From positions 4,836,001-4,900,000 of the forward strand of contig NC_089435.1 in the NCBI RefSeq assembly GCF_026210795.1: a stretch of 64,000 nucleotides of DNA, read 5' to 3'. Position 1 is the first letter of the stretch; the number at the start of each line of letters is the position of its first letter. This document shows, piece by piece, positions 25,815 to 39,032 of the stretch. The translations under genes were made by a program, and so were the position numbers. The notes under the pieces were generated by a model. That model made no database searches, had not been told where the DNA came from, and saw only the letters and a program-made list of their open reading frames with translations. Source of the DNA: Rhizophagus irregularis (Eukaryota).

Positions 25815-26760
25815 CGTTTTATATGAACCAATCAAATTTCATCAAATTATTTACCTAATGGACAAAATTGCCCATTTTATATGAACCAATCAAATTTCAT
25901 CAAATCGTTTACCTAATGGACAAAATTGTCCGTTTTTATATGAACCAATCAAATTTCATCAAATCATTTACCTAATGTGCAGTAATTTCTGGCCAAAATT
26001 AAAGTGACCGGCCAGAATTAAGTTAATTTGGCTGAACAAAATTGTCCGTTTTATATGAGCCAATCAAATTTCATCAAATCATGGACAAAATTGTCCATTT
26101 TATATGAGCCAATCAAATTTCATCAAATCATGGACAAAATTGTCCATTTTATATGAGCCAATCAAATTTCATCAATCCGAAGCGGACAAAAATTTCGTCC
26201 GCTTTTATACTTGAGCCAATCAAATTTCATCAAATCATGGACAAAATTGTTCGTTTTATATGAGCCAATCAAATTTCATCAAATCATTTGGAACAAAATT
26301 GTCCGCTTTTATATGAGCCAATCAAATTTCATCAAATCATTGGACAAAATTGTCCTGCTTTTATATGAAGCCAATCAAATTTCATCAAATCAAAGCCGGT
26401 TGGACAAAATTGTCTCTGCTTTTATATGAAAGCCAATCAAATTTCATCAAATCATTGGACAAAATTGTCTGTTTTATATGGGCCAATCTAATTTCAAATT
26501 TCAAATCAAATCGGTAGCTGGGACAATTGTCTGTTTTATATAGCAGCCTAATCGAGAATTTCATCGAATCGTAATCGGACAAAATTGTCCGCTTTTATAT
26601 GAACCAATCAAATTTCAATTTCGCAATTCGACTGCTTTATATAAACCAATCAAATTTCATCAAATCAATGGACAAAATTGTTCGCTTTTATATAAACCAA
26701 TCAAATTTCATCAAATCATTGACAAAATTGTCCATTTTATATAAACCAATCAAATTTCAT
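25815..26760 (+). repeat. About 47-bp tandem repeat in the left foldback arm (mirrored at about 30845-31790)
   Basis: Unit GGACAAAATTGTCCGTTTTATATGAGCCAATCAAATTTCATCAAATCAT, containing CCAAT and a GGACAA/TTGTCC palindrome. Confidence 0.92.
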
Positions 26761-29700
26761 GGGCAGATTTCGCCCATGGGCAGTTTCTTAGCTAAGATTT
26801 TCTGCACAAATCTTCAGCTTATAAACTTTATCATTTAAATCCAACCAATCAAATTTCATGGGCATTCATCCCATGGGCAGTTTCTTAAATGAAATTTTGT
26901 GCAGAAACTTTCAGCTTATAAATTATATTATTTGATCGCAGTCGAATTAAATATAATTCTGGCCAAATCGTTCTATTTATTGCAAAAACTGGTTACCTGC
27001 ATACCATTGAGTACTTTATCACGTGAAGTGGTTCTTGCAACACACACGAGATCTGATTGGTTCATATAACTTACCAACATTTAATTACAAATAAGGCAAT
27101 TTTATAACTTTTGACTGGATATTTATTCTAAACTCAACAGTAAGGATTGCACTAACATACATTTTGTACCACCTTATAACTATAAAAAAGGCAAAAATTT
27201 TTTGAGGTTACACATTAATTTGGCCAGAATTAAGATAATTTCGCCCAGCAAAATTTGGCCAGAATTAAATTTTGGTTAGAATTATAAAAACAGACATTTA
27301 TGTCTGTTTTTGTAAATTTAGTTAGCATTATAAATGTAAATATTATAAATTGCATTAATTTATCATAATCCAGTAAATAGAAAAATCAATTATAACTTAT
27401 TAGCTTTGTCTCATTAAAGCATGTTAAATTGTTAAATAGTGGTATTTATTATCAATAGATGGGTATTTAGAAATATTTAAGAATACTACAAAAAAATTCT
27501 TTTCAAAAAAATGTTAATATCTTATTATTTGTTATTCCTAAAGGTATAAAACTCCTACCATTTAATACATCTCAATACAATCCAACAAGCTGTGTATTAA
27601 TTTGGTATATATATTTAACCAAAAAAATTTTTTTATTGTATTTTTATTGTATTTAAATATAGACATATAAAAAGATATTTATATTATTTTTGTAATTTAT
27701 TTAATATATAATTATAAAATTTTGTAAAGAAAAATATATAAAAATTTATAATTAATATAATTACTATGATTTATTATTTTAATGTATCACATATTTAGGG
27801 AAGTTTACTTTAACATAACATATACAGTATAATTATATTATATTATAAATTATTAATAAAGAAAATATATAAATAAATTTCCAATATATTTACTAATTAT
27901 TATAATTTATTATTTTAATTGCATGAATTTATAATACAATTGCAATTTAACATTTAAAAAATGATTTTTTGTATTTATTTTTTACTAAAAAGCAAATAAA
28001 AAATAAACAAAAAAATTAATGTTTTATTTAAAATAATTTTTAAATAATAATTAAAAGATCTAATTTTCTGACATTTTATTAGATTTAAAAATTATCAGAA
28101 ATTTAAATTCTTCAATTATTAATACATTACATATTTATGAAAGTTAAATAAATATACTTATTTATTAATCTATTTAATGTAATTTAGCAATTAAGTGAAT
28201 TAACATTAGGTTTATTTTAATTTTATTTATTTTTTTTATTGATCCAAATTATTTTAAAAATTGATAGAAAATTAAATGATTTGGCTTTTTTAATTATTAA
28301 TATATTATATATTTATAGAAGTTAAATAAACATACTTATTTAATCTATTTAATGTAATTTAGCAATTAACATTAGTTTATTTTAATTTTATTTATTTTTT
28401 TTTATTTGATCTAAATTATTTAAAAATTGATAAAAACTTAACAGTTAAAGGATTTGGCTCTTAATTATTAATACATTACATATTTATAGAAGTTAAATAA
28501 ACATACATATTTAGTGGAATTTAATTTAAAATTATTTTATTAATATAAACTTAATTTTTGTTTTGTTTTTATTTACAGTATTTATTTATTTATTTATTTT
28601 TATTTATTTTATTAGACACAAATTATATTCAGTACATTTCGCAAATCCAAATTTTTTAATAAATGATTTTGTTGATCCAATTTCTAACAATATTTAAAAT
28701 AATTTGTGTCTAATAAAATAAAATTAATAAATAAATACTGTAAATAAAAACAAAACAAAAATTAAGTTTTATATTAATAAAATAATTTTAAATTAAATTC
28801 CACTAAATAGGTATGTTTATTTAACTTCTATAAATATGTAATGTATTAATAATTAAGAGCCAAATCCTTTAACTGTTAAGTTTCTATCAATTTTTAAATA
28901 ATTTAGATCAAATAAAAAAAAATAAATAAAATTAAAATAAACTAATGTTAATTGCTAAATTACATTAAATAGATTAAATAAGTATGTTTATTTAACTTCT
29001 ATAAATATATAATATATATTAATAATTAAAAAAGCCAAATCATTTAATTTTCTATCAATTTTTAAAATAATTTGGATCAATAAAAAAAAAATTAAAATTA
29101 AAATAAACCTAATGTTAATTCACTTAATTGCTAAATTACATTAAATAGATTAATAAATAAGTATATTTATTTAACTTTCATAAATATGTAATGTATTAAT
29201 AATTGAAGAATTTAAATTTCTGATAATTTTTAAATCTAATAAAATGTCAGAAAATTAGATCTTTTAATTATTATTTAAAAATTATTTTAAATAAAACATT
29301 AATTTTTTTGTTTATTTTTTATTTGCTTTTTAGTAAAAAATAAATACAAAAAATCATTTTTTAAATGTTAAATTGCAATTGTATTATAAATTCATGCAAT
29401 TAAAATAATAAATTATAATAATTAGTAAATATATTGGAAATTTATTTATATATTTTCTTTATTAATAATTTATAATATAATATAATTATACTGTATATGT
29501 TATGTTAAAGTAAACTTCCCTAAATATGATACATTAAAATAATAAATCATAGTAATTATATTAATTATAAATTTTTATATATTTTTCTTTACAAAATTTT
29601 ATAATTATATATTAAATAAATTACAAAAATAATATAAATATCTTTTTATATGTCTATATTTAAATACAATAAAAATACAATAAAAAAATTTTTTTGGTTA

Positions 29701-30188
29701 AATATATATACCAAATTAATACACAGCTTGTTGGATTGTATTGAGATGTATTAAATGGTAGGAGTTTTATACCTTTAGGAATAACAAATAATAAGATATT
29801 AACATTTTTTTGAAAAGAATTTTTTTTTTTTGTAGTATTCTTAAATATTTCTAAATACCCATCTATTGATAATAAATACCACTATTTAACAATTTAACAT
29901 GCTTTAATGAGACAAAGCTAATAAGTTATAATTGATTTTTCTATTTACTGGATTATGATAAATTAATGCAATTTATAATATTTACATTTATAATGCTAAC
30001 TAAATTTACAAAAACAGACATAAATGTCTGTTTTTATAATTCTAACCAAAATTTAATTCTGGCCAAATTTTGCTGGGCGAAATTATCTTAATTCTGGCCA
30101 AATTAATGTGTAACCTCAAAAAATTTTTGCCTTTTTTATAGTTATAAGGTGGTACAAAATGTATGTTAGTGCAATCCTTACTGTTGAG

Positions 30189-30572
30189 TATAGGTGTCGT
30201 CGAAATTAATTACGGATTTTACCACGGTTACGGCACGTGCCGCATTGCCGACCGTAAAAACCGTAAAATTTTATTAAGGCATTAAGTTCGGCCAGAGTTA
30301 AATGATCTTCGCGATAATTTCCTTTTTTGGAATATGGTGTAACCATTGTGTAACTCGATTCTCCATTTTTGATGGGAAGCAAAATTTCCTTTTATGGAAA
30401 TCTGTGTAACGTCACGTGATATAACAACAAAATTCGGCCGGCATTACCGGCATTACCGGCATTATAAACCTATTTACGGCATTACGGATAATTTACGGAT
30501 TTCGCCGAATTAATTACGGTATAGCCGAAATGCCAAAATTGCCGTAATTCATGAATTTCGACGACAAGTATA
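30189..30572. mobile_element. hAT MITE, 8-bp TSD CTGTTGAG, present only in the right foldback arm
   Basis: ctgttgag|TATAGGTGTCGTCGAAATT...AATTTCGACGACAAGTATA|ctgttgag. The empty site is visible in the left arm near 27132-27140. Confidence 0.92.
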
Positions 30573-33500
30573 CTGTTGAGTTTAGAATAAATATCCAGTC
30601 AAAAGTTATAAAATTGCCTTATTTGTAATTAAATGTTGGTAAGTTATATGAACCAATCAGATCTCGTAGTGCGTTGCAAGAACCACTTCACGTGATAAAG
30701 TACTCAATGGTATGCAGGTAACCAGTTTTTGCAATAAATAGAACGATTTGGCCAGAATTATATTTAATTCGGACCGGTGGTCAAACAATATAATTTATAA
30801 GCTGAAAGTTTCTGCACAAAATTTCATTTAAGAAACTGCCCATGAAATTTGATTGGTTTATATAAAATGGACAATTTTTGTCAATGATTTGATGAAATTT
30901 GATTGGTTTATATAAAGCGGACAATTTTGTCCATGATTTGATGAAATTTGATTGGTTTATATAAAGCGGACGAATTTTGATGAATTTTGATTGGCACATA
31001 TAAAAGCGGACAATTTTGTCGTGATTTGATGAAATTTGATTGGCTTATATAAAGCGGACAATTTTGTCCATGATTTGATGAAATTTGATTGGCTCAATAT
31101 AAAGCGGACAATTTTATCCGTTGATTTGATGAAATTTGATTAGGTTCATATAAAACAGACAATTTTGTCATGATTTGATGAAATTTGATTGGCTCATATA
31201 AAATGAACAATTTTGTCATTGATTTGATGAAATTTGATTGGTTTCATATAAATAAAACGGACAATTTTGTCAGCTGATTTGATGAAATTTGATTCGGTAC
31301 CGTATAAACGGACGATTTTGTCAGCTGATTTGATGAAATTTGATTGGCTCATATAAAACGGACAATTTTGTCCATGATTTGATGAAATTTGATTGGCTCA
31401 TATAAACCGGACAATTTTGTCAATGATTTGATGAAATTTGATTGGCTCATATAAACCGGACAATTTTGTCCATGATTTGATGAAATTTGATTGGCTCATA
31501 TAAAATGGACAATTTTGTCTATGATTTGATGAAATTTGATTGGCTCATATAAAACAGACAATTTTGTTCAGCCAAATTAACTTAATTCTGGCCGGTTACT
31601 TTAATTTTGGCCAGAAATTACTGCACATTAGGTAAATGATTTGATGAAATTTGATTGGTTCATATAAAAACGGACAATTTTGTCCATTAGGTAAACGATT
31701 TGATGAAATTTGATTGGTTCATATAAAATGGGCAATTTTGTCCATTAGGTAAATAATTTGATGAAATTTGATTGGTTCATATAAAACAAAAATTACTGCG
31801 CATTGGGTAATAAAGGAATTGATGGAATTTAATTGAACGAATTATTAGACAGAAACTGGTCGGCCAGAATTAGCTTAATTCTGGCTATAATGATTTCAAC
31901 TTCAGTCAGAATTACTGTGTAACCTTAAAATTTTTTTTGACTTTTTTTGGTTATTAGGTAGTACAAATTTATATCAATGCAATCCTCGCATGCTGGTTTA
32001 TAGGCAAATCTGCATTCAGAAATTATAGAATTACTTTATTTAGCCGATATAAACCAACTAAGTATTAGCCAATCAAATCCCATGGGCAAATCTGCCCATG
32101 GGCAGTTTCTTAGCTGAGGTTTTGTGCACGAAGTTTCAGCTTATAAACTATGTCGATCATTTGGATTGGGTGATTTCTAAATAAAGTTGCACTTCGTTAA
32201 AAAAAAAAATATATAATAATATATATTTTGGATAGTATCATACGTATTTGGAGATTTCAGTCGACTGCAGATCGATAATAATGTGAGATATAAGCATATA
32301 GTAAATATTTTCGTTAAAAGATTTACACATATTTGGTACATTATATATTTAAAGAAAAAAATTTATTTCATCATTATATTATTTTCATATTTATCATTAA
32401 ATATAATAAAATAACAATTAACTATTAATTTAATCTTGTATTATTTTTTGTTATTAAAATTCTCCTCTCTAACAGCTTGAAGAATTTCATTTTTCAAATT
32501 TTGGCCAATTTCTTGTTTAATGGCTTGAAGAATTTCTTCTTTTAAAAGTTGTGATGATATCCTATTATTATTAGGATTAGATGTTGAAATTACTTCTTGC
32601 CCATAATTAAAATTATTAGTATTAACTATTGCAGGAGCTGGAATTGTTGGTTCGAATGGTTCGTGATCACTAGTATTTTCATTTTGGAGCGTTTGCATAA
32701 TTTCTTGCCCATGATGACAATCATTGACTGGAATGATTATTGGTTCATGGTTGGTTGTATTTTCATTTTCAGGTGCTAGAATAATTTCTTGCTTATGATA
32801 GTTATTCTTATTAATTATTGGAGGTGGAATTATTATTGGTTCATAGTTGGATATACTTTTATTTCTAGATATTTGGTTAATTTGAATAGTAGCTTCTTGC
32901 TCATTACTATTGATATCTTGTTCATAATTATGAATATTCCTTATGATAGGGAGCTCCTTTTCTTCTTGACTGTAATCATTATTATTATCATTTTCATGAA
33001 TAGTTTTTTGTTTATTTTTATTCCATTTATATATCAAGAAACTTCCAACTGATAATAAAATGCTACTCAATAAAGATCCAACAACTATACCAGCTATATT
33101 GCCTGAATTATTTGGTGGTGATGAAGAAGAAAGTGAAGATGAAGGTGAAGGAGAAGGTACTAGTGAAGGTGGTGGTAATGGTGGCAGTGTTGATGGTGGT
33201 ATTGGTGGTGGTGGCGATGGCATTTTTGGATCAAATATCGTTGTCCATATATATTCCTCATTATTACTAATATCAAGCAATAATATATCACTTTCAACTG
33301 TTTTATCATAACCAACTCCTATTAAATCAAATTGTTTTTGTTAAAACTAGTTAATTTGCTTAAGTAATAGTAAGGAGTATTATATTTACCAAATGATACA
33401 ACCATATATTTTCCAATTACATCTGCTTTATGAAAAACTCTAGGTCTTGGGATTTTCCCAGAAATTTTTGGAATGTACCAATTATAATTAGCTAAATCTA

Positions 33501-34369
33501 ATACGTAAAGTGTAGTATCTAAATATCCAGGATTTATAAAATATCCTCCAAAAATTATGATTCTTTTACCATCTAAACCTGTTAAAATATAATGGAAATT
33601 TACCATTACTGACTACTAATATTAATCTTTTAATAATAATCGTAGACTTCTCATTTGATTACATACCTAGAATAGTGGTAAAAGCGCCTCTATTAGAAGG
33701 GATTTTTCCTGACGTTACCTAATTTTAGCAATAATGTTATTTATTACACAATTTTTAATATATTTATATAATAATAATTTATATAATTTACTTTTGTTTC
33801 CCAATTGTCATTGATCGTATCATATATATAAACCTAAATAAATAACTTTATCTTAATTAATTGATTATTAAAAAAATTTATACATTACAAAATTTACCTC
33901 ACTTAATGTTAAAGCGGTACCTTGACCAATATTTAATGATTTTGTATCAAATATAATTTCATTACCATTCCTACCACCTAAACAATAAGCGTTCATTAAT
34001 AAAATAACAAAACATATTTAAATAAATATATAACATAGAAATTACTCTCTTACCTATATAAATAATCTTATTATTGGGTAATAAAGTGGCACCATATCTA
34101 TCTCTCGGAGTTGGTGCATTAATTATACTTCCTTTACCCCAGTTAAGATTTATTGTATCTAAAATACACTGGTCGAAATAGTCCAAATCGGCTAGAAATT
34201 GGATGTCCGATTTTAGGCTGAATTTGGTGATAAAGATGGCCGATTTATTAATTTAGGCAAAGTTCCGATTGGCAGGCCGATCAACGCTGATCAGAATATC
34301 CAAATTGTATCTGAATTGCTTAGTATTTTTGATCCGAATTGTTTAAAAAAATATATTCATAAATTTACC

Positions 34370-34825
34370 GAATTGCAGTGAATTTATTCTGAATTATGAT
34401 AAATTTTGATAAATTGCGATAAATTTTAATCTGAATTGCAGTAAATTTTAATCTGAATTGCAGTAAATTTTATTCTGAATTGCGGTAAATTTTATTCTGA
34501 ATTGCGGTAAATTTTCTATTCTGAATTGCGGTAAATTTATTCTGAATTGCGGTAAATTTTATTTTGAATTGCAGTAAATTTTAATCTGAATTGCAGTAAA
34601 TTTTCTATTCTGAATTGCGGTAAATTTATTCTGAATTGCGGTAAAAATTTAATGAATTGCGGTTAATTTTATTCTGAATTGCGTCTGAATTGCAGTAAAT
34701 TTTATTCTGAATTATGGTATATTTGCAGTAAATTTTATTCTGAATTGCGGTAAATTTGCAGTAAATTTATTTCGAATTGTAATTAATTTTTTTCTGAATT
34801 AAGACAAATTTATTTTGAATTATGG
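34370..34825. repeat. About 21-bp subterminal tandem repeat of the CACTA element
   Basis: Unit TTATTCTGAATTGCGGTAAATT. Confidence 0.9.
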
Positions 34826-34922
34826 AAAATTCTAATACTAATAATTTGGAATATTAATTACATATATATATAGATTTTTGACGAAAAAAAGAAAGTTTTC
34901 TACCAAATTAATTCAGATTCGT

Positions 34923-37240
34923 TCATTGCGCATCATCCATATGTAAATCAGAATCTGAATTATTATGATTGTTGCTGACCGTTGATTTTGATGGTTTTTC
35001 TTCTCCTTCCTTGTTATGGTCTTCATCATTTTCGGTAGTGTTGCCAGTTGCTGGTGTTGTCCCTCTACTAACTTCTTCTTCTTTTTCATCATATTCAGTG
35101 ATTAAATCCTGATCAATATCAGTATCGAATATTAAATCTTGTTGTTGTACAATATAAAACCATTCCGACTTATTTGACGAGTGTATATTGAGTACATTTT
35201 GTAGCAAATTTTTAAGCTGAAGAAACAATAAAATATAAAAATTAAATCCAGCAATTCGTCTGAAAAATCAAGATTCAGAAGTTCTAACCTCATCAGATCT
35301 CCACGAATAGTCGTAAATAGCGATTATGAACTTTGTTGGGTCTTCTTCGTCTGTCTCACTTATTTCTGAAGAATGAAATAAGCGATTGGATAACATCTTT
35401 AGTAATCTACGCTTATCATATTTTGTTATCCGTTCATCGTCAAAACTATATAATCTCTTTGCCGCCTTAATTCGGCGGATTTTCTTCTAAAATACGTTAT
35501 AATTTGAATAAAATTCAATACATAATTGGAATAAAATTCAGCATAATAATTATAAATCATTACTAACGTCGTGTACTCGATTGTTTGAGTGCACCCGGTG
35601 TTTATTTTCATTGGCTTTTCCCCTATCCATTAATCTTTGATGAGAACGACGAGACTTGTGGAGACAACCTAACTATTTTGTAAGTTGCTTATTCGAAGCG
35701 GGAAAATACGGAGCAAGGGCTGAACGCAATTCAGGGACTAGCTTACGACGAATCTTGAGATTTTTCACGCTATTGAACGTTTCATTGTAATCTAGTCCTC
35801 GAGTTTCATCGATGGTTTTCAAAATAGACTTCATTTCAGCCTAAATATAACAATCAAATAATGATAACCGGTACTTAATTACTCAATACTGCAATTTTAA
35901 ATAACTGAATCAGACAAATAAAATTAATATACCCTAGCTTCTTTTTCGTCGTACTCATCATTATTGTTAGAACTAAACCGTTCTTCCTCTGATTCTTTCT
36001 CGTATTGCTTGGACTTTTTTGTCTTAATTCTTTTTTGACATTTTGCCGGCTGTTCGAGATCCGTCTGCCTATGAATGGCTTTAGGCAGACAGATTCTCGA
36101 ATACCTGTTTAAGCTTTCGCGTAGATCATCATTCTCGTCTGCAAAGGCCTCATTTATTCGAGTCAAAAAACGATTTTCGTCGAATAATCGGTTATTTTCG
36201 CATTGAAGCTTTGCATTCTCTACTTGTACTTCTTCAATTTGTTTCTTTAATTTTAGATTTTCTAAATAAAGAATTTTATTAATAGTAATATTTTTTTACA
36301 AATAATTCTGAATTTATACGAATGAAGTCAAAATCGTACCTGCTTCTAAATCAGTATCATCGTCATCGATCATCCTTTCATTACCTTGATCGTCTTTAAC
36401 CACTAATACGAATTTTTGTGGAATTCGAATATTCCCATATCATTTTTTCATTTCCGATAACATCTCTTGTTGATCTATAAAAATTATTAATTATCGTACA
36501 TGTCAATCAGCAATTTTCCAAAATTCAATTACCTTTAGGAATATTTGGCGGTTCAATTTCTATAACCTCATCGTCAGACTCTTCTTGAGTCAGCTTAGTC
36601 GACTTTGCAGATTTGAGGATCGACTTGATGGGTGACGATTTGCTAGTCGACTTATTGGTTTTGTCAATCGTCTCATTCGGATTACTTTCTTCTTCCGTTC
36701 TTCCCCGTTGACGATTAGATCCTTCGTCAGGTATTTCTTCTTGAAACCTTTGCTGCTTTTGTTTGTTTGACTTGGTGGGTGACGATTTGCTAGTCGACTT
36801 ATTGGTCTTTCATTCGGATCACTTTCTTCTTCCGCTCTTCCCCGTTGACAATTAGATTCTTCGCTCGGTGTTTCTTCTTGAAACCTTTGCTGCTTTTGTT
36901 TGTTTGACTTGGTGAGTGACGATTTGCTAGTCGACTTATTGGTTTTGTCACTCGTCTCATTCGGATTACTTTCTTCTTCCGTTCTTCCCCGTTGACGATT
37001 AGATCCTTTGTCAGGTGTTTCTTCTTGAAACCTTTGCTGCTTTTGTTTGTTTGACTTGGTGGGTGACGATTTGCTAGTTGACTTATTGGTCTTGTCACTT
37101 GTCTCATTCGGATTACTTTCTTTTTCCGTTCTTCTCCGTTGACGATTAGATCCTTTGTCAGGTGTTTCTTCTTGAAACCTCTGTTGCTTTTGTTTGTTAT
37201 TTTTTTTATTGTTTTTTTTATTATTGCTATTATTTGACAT
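34923..37240 (-). pseudogene. Second, divergently transcribed multi-exon gene of the CACTA element (accessory ORF), degenerate
   Basis: Starts MSNNSNNKK. Four 120-bp coding repeats (QRFQEETPDKGSNRQR..), GT-AG introns near 36531-36478, 36338-36262 and 35930-35842, a coiled-coil-like middle and an acidic C-terminus. Contains frameshifts and stops. Confidence 0.65.
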
Positions 37241-37319
37241 TTTATATTCACTCAATATTCGTTTAAAAAATCGAAGCGGGTTCAATATCGTCATATCGTC
37301 CTATTTATAAATTTAAAAA

Positions 37320-38510
37320 TCATCAATTAATTAATAAGAAAATCGTTAGCGTTCTACTGCGTTGATTTCTCGATTGAAAAATCAACTATAAATCATAATT
37401 AAAAAAGACAAATCAATTAATTAATAAGAAAATCGTTAGCGTTCTACTGCGTTGATTTCTCAAGGAAAATCAACTATAAATCATAATTAAAAAATCAAAT
37501 AAATTAATTAATAAGAAAATCGTTAGCGTCCTACTGCGTTGAATTCTCAATTGGAAAATCAACTATAAATCATAATTAAAAAAGACAAATAAATTAAAAT
37601 TACGAAAATCGTTAACGTCCTATTGCGTTGATTTCTCGATTGAAAAATCAACTATAAATCATAATTAAAAAAGACAAATCAATTAATTAATAAGAAAATC
37701 GTTAGCATCCTGCGTTGATTTCTCGATTGAAAAATCAATTATAAATCATAATTAAAAAAGACAAATAAATTAAAATTACGAAAATCGTTAGCGTTCTACT
37801 GCGTTGATTTCTCGATTGAAAAATCAATTATAAATTATAATTAAAAAAGACAAATAAATTAAAATTACGAAAATTGTTAGCGTCCTACTGCGTTGATTTC
37901 TCAATTGAAAAATCAACTATAAATCATAATTAAAAAAGACAAATAAATTAAAATTACAAAAATCGTTAGCGTTCTACTGCGTTGAATTCTTAATTGAAAA
38001 ATCAACTATAAATTATAATTAAAAAATCAAATAAATTAATTAATAAGAAAATCGTTAGCATCCTGCGTTGATTTTTTGATTGAAAAATCAATTATAAATC
38101 ATAATTAAAAAAGACAAATAAATTAAAATTACGAAAATCGTTAGCGTTCTACTGCGTTGATTTCTCGATTGAAAAATCGACTATAAATCATAATTAAAAA
38201 AGACAAATAAATTAAAATTACGAAAATTTTTAGCGTCCTACTGCGTTGAATTCTCAATTGAAAAATCAACTATAAATCATAATTAAAAAATCAAATAAAT
38301 TAATTAATAAGAAAATCATTAGCGTCCTATTGCGTTGATTTCTCGATTGAAAAATCAACTATAAATCATAATTAAAAAGACAAATCAATTAATTAATAAG
38401 AAAATCGTTAGTGTCCTGCGTTGATTTCTCGATTGAAAAATCAATTATAAATCATAATTAAAAAGACAAATAAATTAAAATTACAAAAATTGTTAGCATT
38501 CTACTGCGTT
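37320..38510. repeat. About 88-bp satellite (about 13 copies) between the two CACTA genes
   Basis: Unit AAAATCGTTAGCGTTCTACTGCGTTGATTTCTCGATTGAAAAATCAACTATAAATCATAATT... Confidence 0.93.
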
Positions 38511-39032
38511 AAAATTTGATATACTTTAATGCGGCAAGTTATACTTTGTCAAAATTTGCAGTAAAATTGAAAATATATTGTTATTATAGCAATACCACTT
38601 CGATTAATACAAAATTGTTACTTTTCAACTTTCGCTAAAATTTACAGTTTCTTTTGATAAGGTTTGTTTGGCATCCGAAAATGATAAAGGGATGATAAAG
38701 TGATTATCTTGTAAATAAAAGTTATTTTAAAATAAAATAAGCTTTTTATTTTAATAATAAGCTTTTTATTGTAAAATAAGCTTAAATCATATTGCAATTT
38801 TTAAAAGTATATTAATTAGAAAATTCGCAAATTTATTATATAAAATTGCCAAATTTGCGAAAAAAAAATATTAAATCCTAAAAAATTATTGAAATAATTA
38901 TAGAAGCCAGGATTACATTAATTATACATACAAATTATACAAATTTTGTGTTATTTCAAATTTTATAAAAATCGGCCTTTTTACAAATTTGGATTTTGCC
39001 AAACTTATTAAACTTATTTAAATACTAAACAA

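Larger units (their letters stand above)
25433..32172. mobile_element. 6.7-kb non-coding foldback transposon, 8-bp TSD ATTTCTAA
   Basis: atttctaa|CACCCAATCCAAATGATCGAC...GTCGATCATTTGGATTGGGTG|atttctaa. Arms of about 3.2 kb are inverted around a ~70-bp spacer (about 28627-28698). Confidence 0.93.

Noticed and set aside
25815..26760. CRISPR-like regular repeats (also 37320-38510 and 50060-50735)
   Set aside because: Contiguous tandem units without unique spacers, no cas genes, and a eukaryotic TE context.
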